64,000 bases of DNA. It comes from an uncultured Phycisphaerales bacterium. GTDB lineage: Bacteria > Planctomycetota > Phycisphaerae > Tepidisphaerales > Tepidisphaeraceae. The position numbers and the translations under genes were made by a program. Numbering within the stretch: position 1 is the first letter of the stretch; each line of letters opens with the position of its first letter. Location of the stretch: positions 352,001-416,000 of the forward strand of contig CAVWVQ010000001.1 in assembly GCA_963758525.1 (NCBI GenBank). Direction: 5' to 3'. Of the stretch, positions 55,900-64,000 are shown piece by piece. The notes under the pieces are model-generated. The model ran no database searches, was not told where the DNA came from, and saw nothing but the letters and a program-made list of their open reading frames with translations.

Positions 55900-57487
55900 T
55901 TATTCTTCGCCCATGTCACGAACCAGCACTACCTGCCACGGATCAATCCACCGCTCAAGCACAAATCGCCCGGAGTCGTTGGCGCGAAACACCTCGATTT
56001 GCAATCGCGCAGCGCTCTCGCGCAGCGAAGCTGCCTGCTCGCGCGACAGCGGATCGGGTTCACCCATCGCGGCCCACGCTCCCATCGCGTTGCCCGAATG
56101 ATGTCCCAGAGTTTCGATAACCACGCGCGAACCCGGCGCCATGCCGCTCAACTCGATCGACAGCTTCGTCGCGGACCCCGTGGCGAGGGTTCTCCGCGCG
56201 ACCTCGCGCGAACCCGTCGAGGTCGGAACCGCGACTTTCACCTCTTCGGGATAGTGATATGCCAGGGCCGCCAGCTTCCCAGTCGCTTGATCTCGAGTCA
56301 CGATCGCCCCCGGCGATGTCCGGACCATCTCATCGCCCAGCGCGTGCAGCAGCCGATACGCGTGAAACGTCGGCTTCACGATGCCCTGGAAGTTGATCAT
56401 TCCAAATCCGCCGTGAAACGCCGTGTCTCCCGCGCCGCTCTCCTCAAAGACGTCGGTGAAGGTCCAGTAGGACATCGAATTGACAAGCCCGGCCGACTCA
56501 ACGTTGCATTTCACGACGTATGTCGCCGCCTGAAGATGATCGTGCGTGTGATCGCGCGGGACGGACTCGAGCTCCATTCGGTGAGATGAATCTCGGCGTG
56601 GGGATAATGACTTTCATCGATCATCCGCCGCAGGAGCGTGAGATCGTTGCGCGTTGAATCGACGCCGCGCGTATAGTTGCTCCCGCGCCCCAGTTCATCC
56701 AGCGCCCAGTCGGTCGGGTATGGATGCGTCGAAAGAAAATCGAGCGGCAATGCGTTGCGATGACAGAACTCCAGGAACTGGCCGATCCACACGGGACGCC
56801 AGTCGAGCGCGTCGAGATCGACGGCCCTGGTGACGACGCGGTGGCTCGACAAGTCTTCTGTCTCCCCGTCAAAACGCGCATCGGGGACGAAGTTGCTCGT
56901 TGACGGGCCGCCCACGCGGAGCCGCGAATCGATCTGTTTAATCGCGAGCGCCGACACCCTGTACAACTCAAAGTATTGAGCCCTGGTGCCCGCGAAGAAC
57001 GGAGAAAGATTCGGCTCGTTCCAGACTTCAAAATACCAGCGGCGCACCTCATCGATTCCGTATCGGTTCACCCAATGTGAGACCGTTCTTCGGACCAGTT
57101 CCACCCACTTGGCGTAATCCTTCGGCGGCGATCCGTTTCCCTTCCACCAGAACACTGTCCCCTTTTTAGCAGCCAGATCCCCCGGGCAGAAGGCCAACTC
57201 AACGAACGGGCGAACGCCAATCTCCAGCAGACGGTCAAACAGCTCGTCGACATATTGGAAGTTGCAGACGCCAACGCCGTCTGTTTCGCGGTAGACAAAC
57301 ATGTCGTCGTGAAACAGGCCATGAAAACGCACAAACTGGAAGCCGCAAAGTTCGTGCGCTTTTTGAAGTTGCTCCAGCCAGTTGCGCGCAGCCCTTCATT
57401 CGCACGGCCGGCTCCGACGCACACGCTCCAGAAATGTTTCAGCGCCCGACCCGGGTCCTTTGCGCCGGCCTCAATTCTGATTGCCAT
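55900..57487 (-). CDS. Glycoside hydrolase family 39 beta-xylosidase (frameshifts near 57385 and 56550)
   Basis: RFHGLFHDDM, RPFVEL, FEVWNEPNL, STHPY, LTEW, SYWTFTDVFEE, FHGGFG. Confidence 0.92.
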
Positions 57488-57508
57488 GAAGGAATCCAGC
57501 CAATTCCG

Positions 57509-59395
57509 TTAACGCGCGCCCGGTTCGATCGGAAATCCGCGCGGTTCGGCGTCCGCGACCGACTGCTCGGGCAGATCTTCGTAGCCCAGATCATTGATCG
57601 GGCTTCCGTCGGCATGAACGGAAACCGGCGCTGGCGCCGCCGCAAGCGCTGCCGCGTTCCTGCGCCCAAGAGTGGTGAGAAGCGTCCCCATTCCGAAAAT
57701 GACGCCGCCGCAGAAGATGAAACAGAGCCGGCCGCGCGCCGAATTGGGGATTGCGGTCAGCAGCAGGACAAACGCTCCGTAGACCAGGCAGAGCGTGCCG
57801 ATCATGCGATACATGATTCCGTCGTAGTTCTCCAATTTCTCCGTGACGGCGTTGATGGGCGTCCGAAGATGTTCGAAGAAGATTTCCACGCGCTGGCGAT
57901 GCGCCGCAGAACTGCGGGCATAGAAGATGGACGATCCGAAGAACCAGCAGATGCAGGCGGCCCCGTTGATCAGCACCGTCGCGAAGAGGAGAAAATCGGT
58001 CTGCTCGCGATCGGACAGCGCGTGATCCAGGCCGATTTGGCGCATGCACCATTGCGGACTGAGGTAGAACTTGACGAACAGTGAGGAGGCAAATCCCACG
58101 CTCGCGGTGCTCCATCCCGACCATCCGGGAGTCCGCTTGAAAAACAGCCCAAGAAACAGCGGGATCATCAGCGGCAGGCTCAGGCTCGCGGCGAGTTGAT
58201 TCATCAGGTCGAACAAACCGGTACTTCGATAGCGGTTTACCAGGACGGACGTGCCCACGATGATCGTGCCGAAGACCGCGGTGCATATCTTCCCGACCAC
58301 CAGCAGTTTTTTTTCGGAGCACTGGGGGTTCACGATCGGCTTGTAGAAATTGCGAACAAAGACTCCCACGCCTTTATTGAGGCCCGCGTCCATGGAGGTC
58401 AGCGTGGCGCCGAACATCGCGCAGATCAGCAGCGCGATCAATCCCTGCGGCATCACGTCGCGGCAGACCGCGACGAATGCAGCTTCAGACGGCTGGACAA
58501 GTCTTGCATATTCGTGCGCCAGATCGGGATGGGTAATCCGCGCGACCATCGGCGGGATGATCCATATCATCGGACCCAGGATCGTGCCGATGAGGGGTAT
58601 CAGCACCATCCGGCGGGCGTCGCGGTCGCTCTTGACCATGAGATACATGGTCGAGCTTTCCATGTTGTTGGTGTCAAAAAACTTCAGACCGAGCTGTCCG
58701 ACCACCCACAACCACACGATTTGCGGTGCCGCCAGATCGCTCCAGTGGAAGAACGAATGTGGGACGCCGGCAATGAGCTTATGCAGCCCGCCAACCGCCG
58801 GCTGGCGCAGCGCGAGATACGCTGCCACCAGCGTAATGGTCATGACCAGCAGCATCTGCACAAAGTCGCTGGCCAGCACCGCCCACGCGCCGCCGACCAG
58901 GGCAACGACCGTTACGATTGTTCCAAGCACGAACAGCGTCGCATTCATGTCGACATTGAACACCGACGACATGAAGACTCCGACGGCGTTGAGCCCCACC
59001 CCGCTGAAGATCAGCAGCAACGGAAGTTTGATCCAGGTATAAAACTGCTCGGTACCCTGTCCGTAGCGGTGACGCACGCCCTCCATCCAGGTCACCACCC
59101 GCATCCGGCGAAATCGATAACACGTGAAAATCAGGACGACGACCAACGGCGGAATGGTCGCGTAATACATCCCCAGCACGAGCGTACCGGTCTGATAGAT
59201 CTTTCCCGCCGCCCCCGTGAAGGTCCACGCGCTGAAGGTGGCGATCCACGCTGAGACTCCGGTGATCCACCACGGCATCGACCCGCCGCACCGAAAGTAG
59301 TCGCTCGTGTTTTTGCTCAGCCGGCGGAAGATCAGGCCCACGATCAGGATGAACGCGAAATAGAACCCAATGATGAGGTAATCGTAAATCGTCAT
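57509..59395 (-). CDS. Sodium:solute symporter (SSS) family transporter
   Basis: DYF..GG.MPWW..G.S, FSAWTFTG..G, AV..SD..Q, AT.TS.D.GLN; about 14 TM segments. Confidence 0.92.
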   Translation of the reverse strand: MTIYDYLIIGFYFAFILIVGLIFRRLSKNTSDYFRCGGSMPWWITGVSAWIATFSAWTFTGAAGKIYQTGTLVLGMYYATIPPLVVVLIFTCYRFRRMRVVTWMEGVRHRYGQGTEQFYTWIKLPLLLIFSGVGLNAVGVFMSSVFNVDMNATLFVLGTIVTVVALVGGAWAVLASDFVQMLLVMTITLVAAYLALRQPAVGGLHKLIAGVPHSFFHWSDLAAPQIVWLWVVGQLGLKFFDTNNMESSTMYLMVKSDRDARRMVLIPLIGTILGPMIWIIPPMVARITHPDLAHEYARLVQPSEAAFVAVCRDVMPQGLIALLICAMFGATLTSMDAGLNKGVGVFVRNFYKPIVNPQCSEKKLLVVGKICTAVFGTIIVGTSVLVNRYRSTGLFDLMNQLAASLSLPLMIPLFLGLFFKRTPGWSGWSTASVGFASSLFVKFYLSPQWCMRQIGLDHALSDREQTDFLLFATVLINGAACICWFFGSSIFYARSSAAHRQRVEIFFEHLRTPINAVTEKLENYDGIMYRMIGTLCLVYGAFVLLLTAIPNSARGRLCFIFCGGVIFGMGTLLTTLGRRNAAALAAAPAPVSVHADGSPINDLGYEDLPEQSVADAEPRGFPIEPGAR

Positions 59396-59764
59396 CTGCG
59401 TCCGCCCGCCAATTGCACGCGCTCCATTAGATCATTTTGCCCGCAGGGGGAAAGGGCTCCACGAAACGCTCTGCGCCGCCACGCTCCGTCACTGCCCACT
59501 CCGCCCACGCCGAAAAAACCGTCCGGCGGCAGCTTAATCGAGAAAGTGGTCCGCCGATTGATCAAACCGCGGAATTTCTCTCTCGTTTTGCGTCACTGGC
59601 GCAGCGTCTGCGCCAGGCTCCCGGAAGAACGCGCGTTTGCGTCGCGCGGCTGCGATTGCCCGGCGGCGCCGGCTCGGCGGGGCTCCGCGACGACGGCGAC
59701 GGATCGGAAACTTCGAACGCCTTTCCGGGGGCGTGCGCGGATTTTCCGGGGAGTGACTTCTTGC

Positions 59765-59883
59765 CTCCTCCCCTCGTACCTGGGGGGGAGGACTGAGGTG
59801 GGGGGAGATCGTTCATTTGACGGGGCCCGCCGGACGGACGAACGCCCACCCCAACCCTCCCCAGAGTACACTAGGGGAGGGGG
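59765..59883. repeat. Family B inverted pair in a divergent intergenic region
   Basis: cctcccctcgtacctgggggggagg ... ccctccccagagtacactaggggagg. Confidence 0.75.
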
Positions 59884-60099
59884 CAAGAGCGGGATATCGC
59901 CGCGAACAGGTTGCACCCGGAAATTCGCGCACGCCCCCCTCCGGCTGGATTTAATTAAATGTAGAAATCCCCCTATCCAAAAGGTTATGATTTGGCGGGG
60001 AAGCCAAACGCATACCGTCTGGGATGGCAGCAGCGGTGACGCATCGGATTCGGCCCTGGCAAGGCTCTAATCCCGCAGGTGGTTTTTGGAGGAACCGGC

Positions 60100-60467
60100 A
60101 TGTCGACTATTCTCGTCGTGGATGACGATCAGCTCGCCGCGGAATCGTTCACCGCATTCCTCAGGCATCTCGGTTATCGCGTGAGCTTTGCCACGAGCGG
60201 TTCGGCGGCGTTGGAAACACTGCGGGGGGATTTGCCCGATCTGGTGATTCTGGATGTGATGATGCCGGACTTGAACGGCGTGGAGCTGCTGCGTCGCATT
60301 AGGGCCGATGTCCGGACTGCCACGGTGCCGGTCGTGATTTACAGGCGCTGGACGATGATCAGTGGGAGGCGCAGGCGAGAGATGCGGGCGCGCGCGATTA
60401 CTGGATCAAGGGCGGGTTCGGCTTTGGAGAACTTGAGGAGAAGGTCCGATCGCAACTGCACGCATGA
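60100..60467 (+). CDS. Single-domain response regulator (frameshift near 60345)
   Basis: ILVVDDD, PDLVILDVMMPDLNG; corrected frame gives GARDYWIK and ends in ATGA overlap; GGAGG SD. Confidence 0.88.
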
Positions 60468-61863
60468 GCAATGATCCACACCTCCCAAGCGCGTCACGAT
60501 TGCTCTGCGCCGCCCTGCTTCTTCTGACAAGCATGTGCGCAAATGCGCTTGCGGACGACTGGCCGCAATGGCAAGGGCCCCAACGCGATGGGGTTTGGCG
60601 CGAGACCGGTTTGCTTTCCAGCTTTCCCGCGGCGGGTTTGAAGGTGCTTTGGCGCGCTGCGGTGGCGGGCGGATATTCGGGGCCGGCGGTCAGCGGCGGC
60701 CATGTTTACGTCCCCGACTTCGTGCCGGCGCCCGAAACCCATCGGCCGAGCAATCCATTCAAGCGAATCACCCAAGCGGGGCAGGAACGGCTGCAGTGTT
60801 TGGACCAACTCAGCGGAAAGCTTCTCTGGACGGATGTGCATGACGTTGCCTACGGCATGTCTTATTCGGCCGGTCCGCGGGCCACTCCAACGGTCGATGG
60901 CGACCGCGTCTATACGCTCGGCGGCGAAGGAGATCTTCGCTGCATCGATTCCAATAGCGGGAAGCTGGTCTGGTCGCGCGGCCTTTCCGACGAGACGCAC
61001 CCAACGCCGATGTGGGGATTCGCATCCGCCCCGCTGGTGGATGGCGATAGCCTGATCTGCGTCGGCGGCGGAAGTGACCCCACGCGCGGCGCGGAGTAGT
61101 CACTGCCTTTAATAAAATGTCGGGCGATCCCCTCTGGACGGCGCTTGCAGCGAAGGAGCCGGGCTATTCGGCGCCGATCATTGTGCCATCCGGCGCGTTG
61201 CGCCAGTTGATCGTGTGGGATCCGGTAGCCATCAATGCGCTGGATCCGCGGACGGGCAAGGTCTTGTGGTCGCAGGCGTTTGGGCCGGTGCGGATGGGAA
61301 TGTCGGTCGTGACGCCAAGGTTCGATCGCGATCCGCAGCTTGGCGACGTTCTGTATGTCGCAACGCAGTATGAGGGATCGCTCCTGCTGAAGCTTGCCGA
61401 TGATGCGCGCGGCGCGTCGGTCCTGTGGAAACGCGCCGGCAAGAACGATCGGAAAACCGACGCGCTGCACATCGTGGCGTGGCCGCCGGTGCTGCGCGAC
61501 GGCTGCATCTTCGGAATCGACACTTACGGACAGCTTCGCTGCCTCGACCTGAAGAATGGAAACCGTCTCTGGGAAACCTTTGCCGCGACGACATACGACG
61601 CCGGCCCTCAGAAGTGGGCGGGCGCGTTTATTGTTCCTCTTGGCGAAAGCGGGAACACATATCTGATCGCCAACGAGCATGGCGACCTGATCCTCGCGCA
61701 GCTTACCGCGGCGGACTACCACGAACTGAGCCGGACCCATCTTCTGGAACCCACCAATTCCGATCCGGGCCGGAGCGTCGTCTGGAGCCATCCGGCATTC
61801 GCGAGCCGTTGCATTTTTTGGCGGAATGATAAAGAGATCGTCTGCGCATCGATGGCGCAATGA
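60464..61863 (+). CDS. Secreted PQQ-binding-like beta-propeller repeat protein (frameshift near 61090)
   Basis: Signal peptide, DWPQWQGP.RDG, GYSGPAV, GPRATP, WSHPA. Confidence 0.9.
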
Positions 61864-61934
61864 TCCCGCGCCACAATCCCCGCCGCTCTACCTATAAAAT
61901 TGCTCCCGAAATTTAGTCCTCGCGATCCGATCGA

Positions 61935-61975
61935 ACCCCCACCCCGGCCCTCCCCCGGAGTACCAGGGGAGGGGG
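61935..61975. repeat. Family B single copy
   Basis: accccggccctcccccggagtaccaggggagggg. Confidence 0.8.
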
Positions 61976-62085
61976 AAAGAGCGCCGCAACGAAAGTTATG
62001 CTCCCGCGGACGATCGGGTACGCCCGTTCGACTTGAGCCTTCGGGATCACGCGACCGGGCGAGGCACTCGGATGCAAAGCTCGTT

Positions 62086-64000
62086 TCACGCCACGCGCGT
62101 TTCGGTCAATGCGACCAGTCTTTCCGACAGCGCCTTGAGCATGGCCAATGCGATCTGCGGCACAGCAGACATGACCGGCAGCAATTGTTCGCGATCAATG
62201 GCCGCGACGCGGCAGGGAACAGTCGCCCGAGCGCTGAGCGAGCGGACGCCCTGCCCGAAGACGGCCAATTCCCCAAAGGCCCTGCCGGTCTGGTAGCGCG
62301 TGACGGATTTCTCCGCGTCGCCGGAAGACTCTGGATTCGGTGGCATGAAAAATTCCACTTCGCCGTCGAGGATGACGAAGATCTCATTGCCGGCGTCACC
62401 GCGGTTGAAGAGCAACTCGCCGGGGCGGAATTGAAAGACGCGCGCGATGCTGGCGAGGAATCCAAGCCGGTCACTGGGCAGATCGGAGAACAACGGACAT
62501 AGAGACAATTGCCGGGCCACTTCTGCATCGTAAAACCCGTCGCGGGCGGCCGCTTGCGGAAGCGATCGCGCCGACGTCGCCGCAGCTTGGGCAGCGCGCG
62601 GCGGCAGGTCAGGTTTACCGCTTTCCTGATGAACCAGTTGAGCGAAGAGGCCGCCGGCGGTTGCAAGTTCTTCGTATCTGCCCGATTCGATCACCCTTCC
62701 GCGATCCAAAACCAAAATTCGATCGTAATCGCGGACGGTTGCAAGCCGGTGCGAAATGGCGACGACAGTCTTCCCGGCGAAACGAGATCGGACCAGGTCG
62801 ACGATCCGACGTTGAGAAAGTTCATCCATCGCGGAGGTGGCCTCGTCGAGCAGCAGAATTCGCGGATCCTTCATCAGGATTCTTCCCATCGCGAGTTTCT
62901 GCTTCTGGCCGCCCGAGAGAAACTTTCCATCTTCGCCGGCACGGAATTCCAGTCCCAGCAACAGCGCGGCATCGAACAGACTCCGCTGCCGCAGCGCATC
63001 GCCGATGACCGCGTCGGCCCGCTCCACCGCGTCGCGCCGCCGGGGGTGGCATCGCGCGCGCAGCAGGTTTTCGCGAACGGTCAGGGCCGGGCACCAAGTG
63101 TCAGAATCGATCATCTCCCATCGTCCGCGCACACTGACATCCGATTCGATCAGTTGCTTTCTGACCTGGAGAATGCGTTCCTCGAAAGTGCCGGGCGCCG
63201 ACTCCCCGTAATTTCCAGGGGAATCGACGTCAAGCGCCGCTTCCACGAGCGCGGCCTGAAGCCGCGGCGACAGTTCCTCGAGCGCGACGAAGTCGGCGGA
63301 TTGAATCTCATCGGCCAGCCACACTCGCGCATCTGCCGGTCGCGACTTGAGAAAGGGAATCAGCCCCGGGACGCGATTTGAGACACGCACCGCCAGCGCC
63401 TGCTCGCGCCGAAGGCGCGCCCAGCCAAGCTGCAGAACCTCTGCAAAAATCGGCATCTCTTCCGCGAGCCCGCTGAAGCTGGCGGCCGCGTCTTCCAGCG
63501 TTCGCATCGACGCAAATCCCGGCCCGAAGAGGTTCTCGCCAATCGTGCCGGGAAAATAGATTCGCGGACGAAGGGGAATCAGATCGCCTTCGACCAGGTG
63601 CAGACCGTCCGCAATGAATTGCCGCAGTTGGGGAAGAGATGCAATCAACGCATTTCCGACCGCGTCGGAATTCAGCGTCGATTCCATGCATTTGTGGAAG
63701 GCATCTTCCTCCAGGCCGATTTCGCGGATCACTTGAACCAGTCTTCGATCCAGATCGGCAATCGACGCGATCGAGGAGAGATATGCCACGTCCAGCGGGC
63801 CCTCCGAATCGTGCAAGCCGCATTCGCTCGTCCGCCGCAGGCCCAGCAGAAGGTTGTTGCGGAGGCTCATATTGAGGATGGCCGGCTTCTGAGAGACCAG
63901 CCCGATTTGCCGGGCGAGGGAAGTCATGTCGTATTCTTCGACGGCCCGGCCGTCGAGGGCCATGCGCCCGCTCGACGGAGCGCCGTTGCGGACGATCAAC
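62086..64000 (-). CDS. ABC transporter ATP-binding protein with large internal insertion and C-terminal cNMP-binding domain (5' part outside window)
   Basis: IGLVSQKP Q-loop, LSGGQKQ, LLLDEATSAMD, ISHRL; then LF..GD.G, G..FGELA, RSLSARA. Confidence 0.9.
   Translation of the reverse strand, partial: LIVRNGAPSSGRMALDGRAVEEYDMTSLARQIGLVSQKPAILNMSLRNNLLLGLRRTSECGLHDSEGPLDVAYLSSIASIADLDRRLVQVIREIGLEEDAFHKCMESTLNSDAVGNALIASLPQLRQFIADGLHLVEGDLIPLRPRIYFPGTIGENLFGPGFASMRTLEDAAASFSGLAEEMPIFAEVLQLGWARLRREQALAVRVSNRVPGLIPFLKSRPADARVWLADEIQSADFVALEELSPRLQAALVEAALDVDSPGNYGESAPGTFEERILQVRKQLIESDVSVRGRWEMIDSDTWCPALTVRENLLRARCHPRRRDAVERADAVIGDALRQRSLFDAALLLGLEFRAGEDGKFLSGGQKQKLAMGRILMKDPRILLLDEATSAMDELSQRRIVDLVRSRFAGKTVVAISHRLATVRDYDRILVLDRGRVIESGRYEELATAGGLFAQLVHQESGKPDLPPRAAQAAATSARSLPQAAARDGFYDAEVARQLSLCPLFSDLPSDRLGFLASIARVFQFRPGELLFNRGDAGNEIFVILDGEVEFFMPPNPESSGDAEKSVTRYQTGRAFGELAVFGQGVRSLSARATVPCRVAAIDREQLLPVMSAVPQIALAMLKALSERLVALTETRVA

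Overview
GC-rich bacterial chromosomal window, most likely Planctomycetota (probably Phycisphaerae; inferred from a LEPR-XLL-type N-terminus, a TPR + tandem alpha-CTD protein, a eukaryote-like UDP-GlcNAc pyrophosphorylase, a PQQ-like propeller and a MoxR/DUF58/BatA/VWA/prenyltransferase-repeat operon). About 58 CDS: housekeeping genes (leuD, upp, sua5-type tsaC, trpBA, priA, groES/groEL, mutM, guaB), a glycosyl/acyl/sulfotransferase cluster, a ~15 kb MoxR-VWA operon, an SSS + GH39/GH43 sugar cluster and a truncated ABC-cNMP fusion. Roughly 20 small indels break otherwise intact genes, which looks like long-read assembly error rather than biology. No rRNA, tRNA, CRISPR array or transposase was recognised. 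The most unusual signals are: (1) a dense set of palindromic and short-tandem repeat families, several of which sit in frame inside proteins (a ~79-codon hairpin insert in PriA, a linker insert in a GH43, two N-terminal regions); (2) a 267-bp TA-flanked MITE-like element; (3) a recurring -10 hexamer 6-8 nt before ATG suggesting leaderless mRNAs; (4) a secreted protein with 10-residue repeats and no acidic residues. All calls are by-eye motif recognition; no searches were run.
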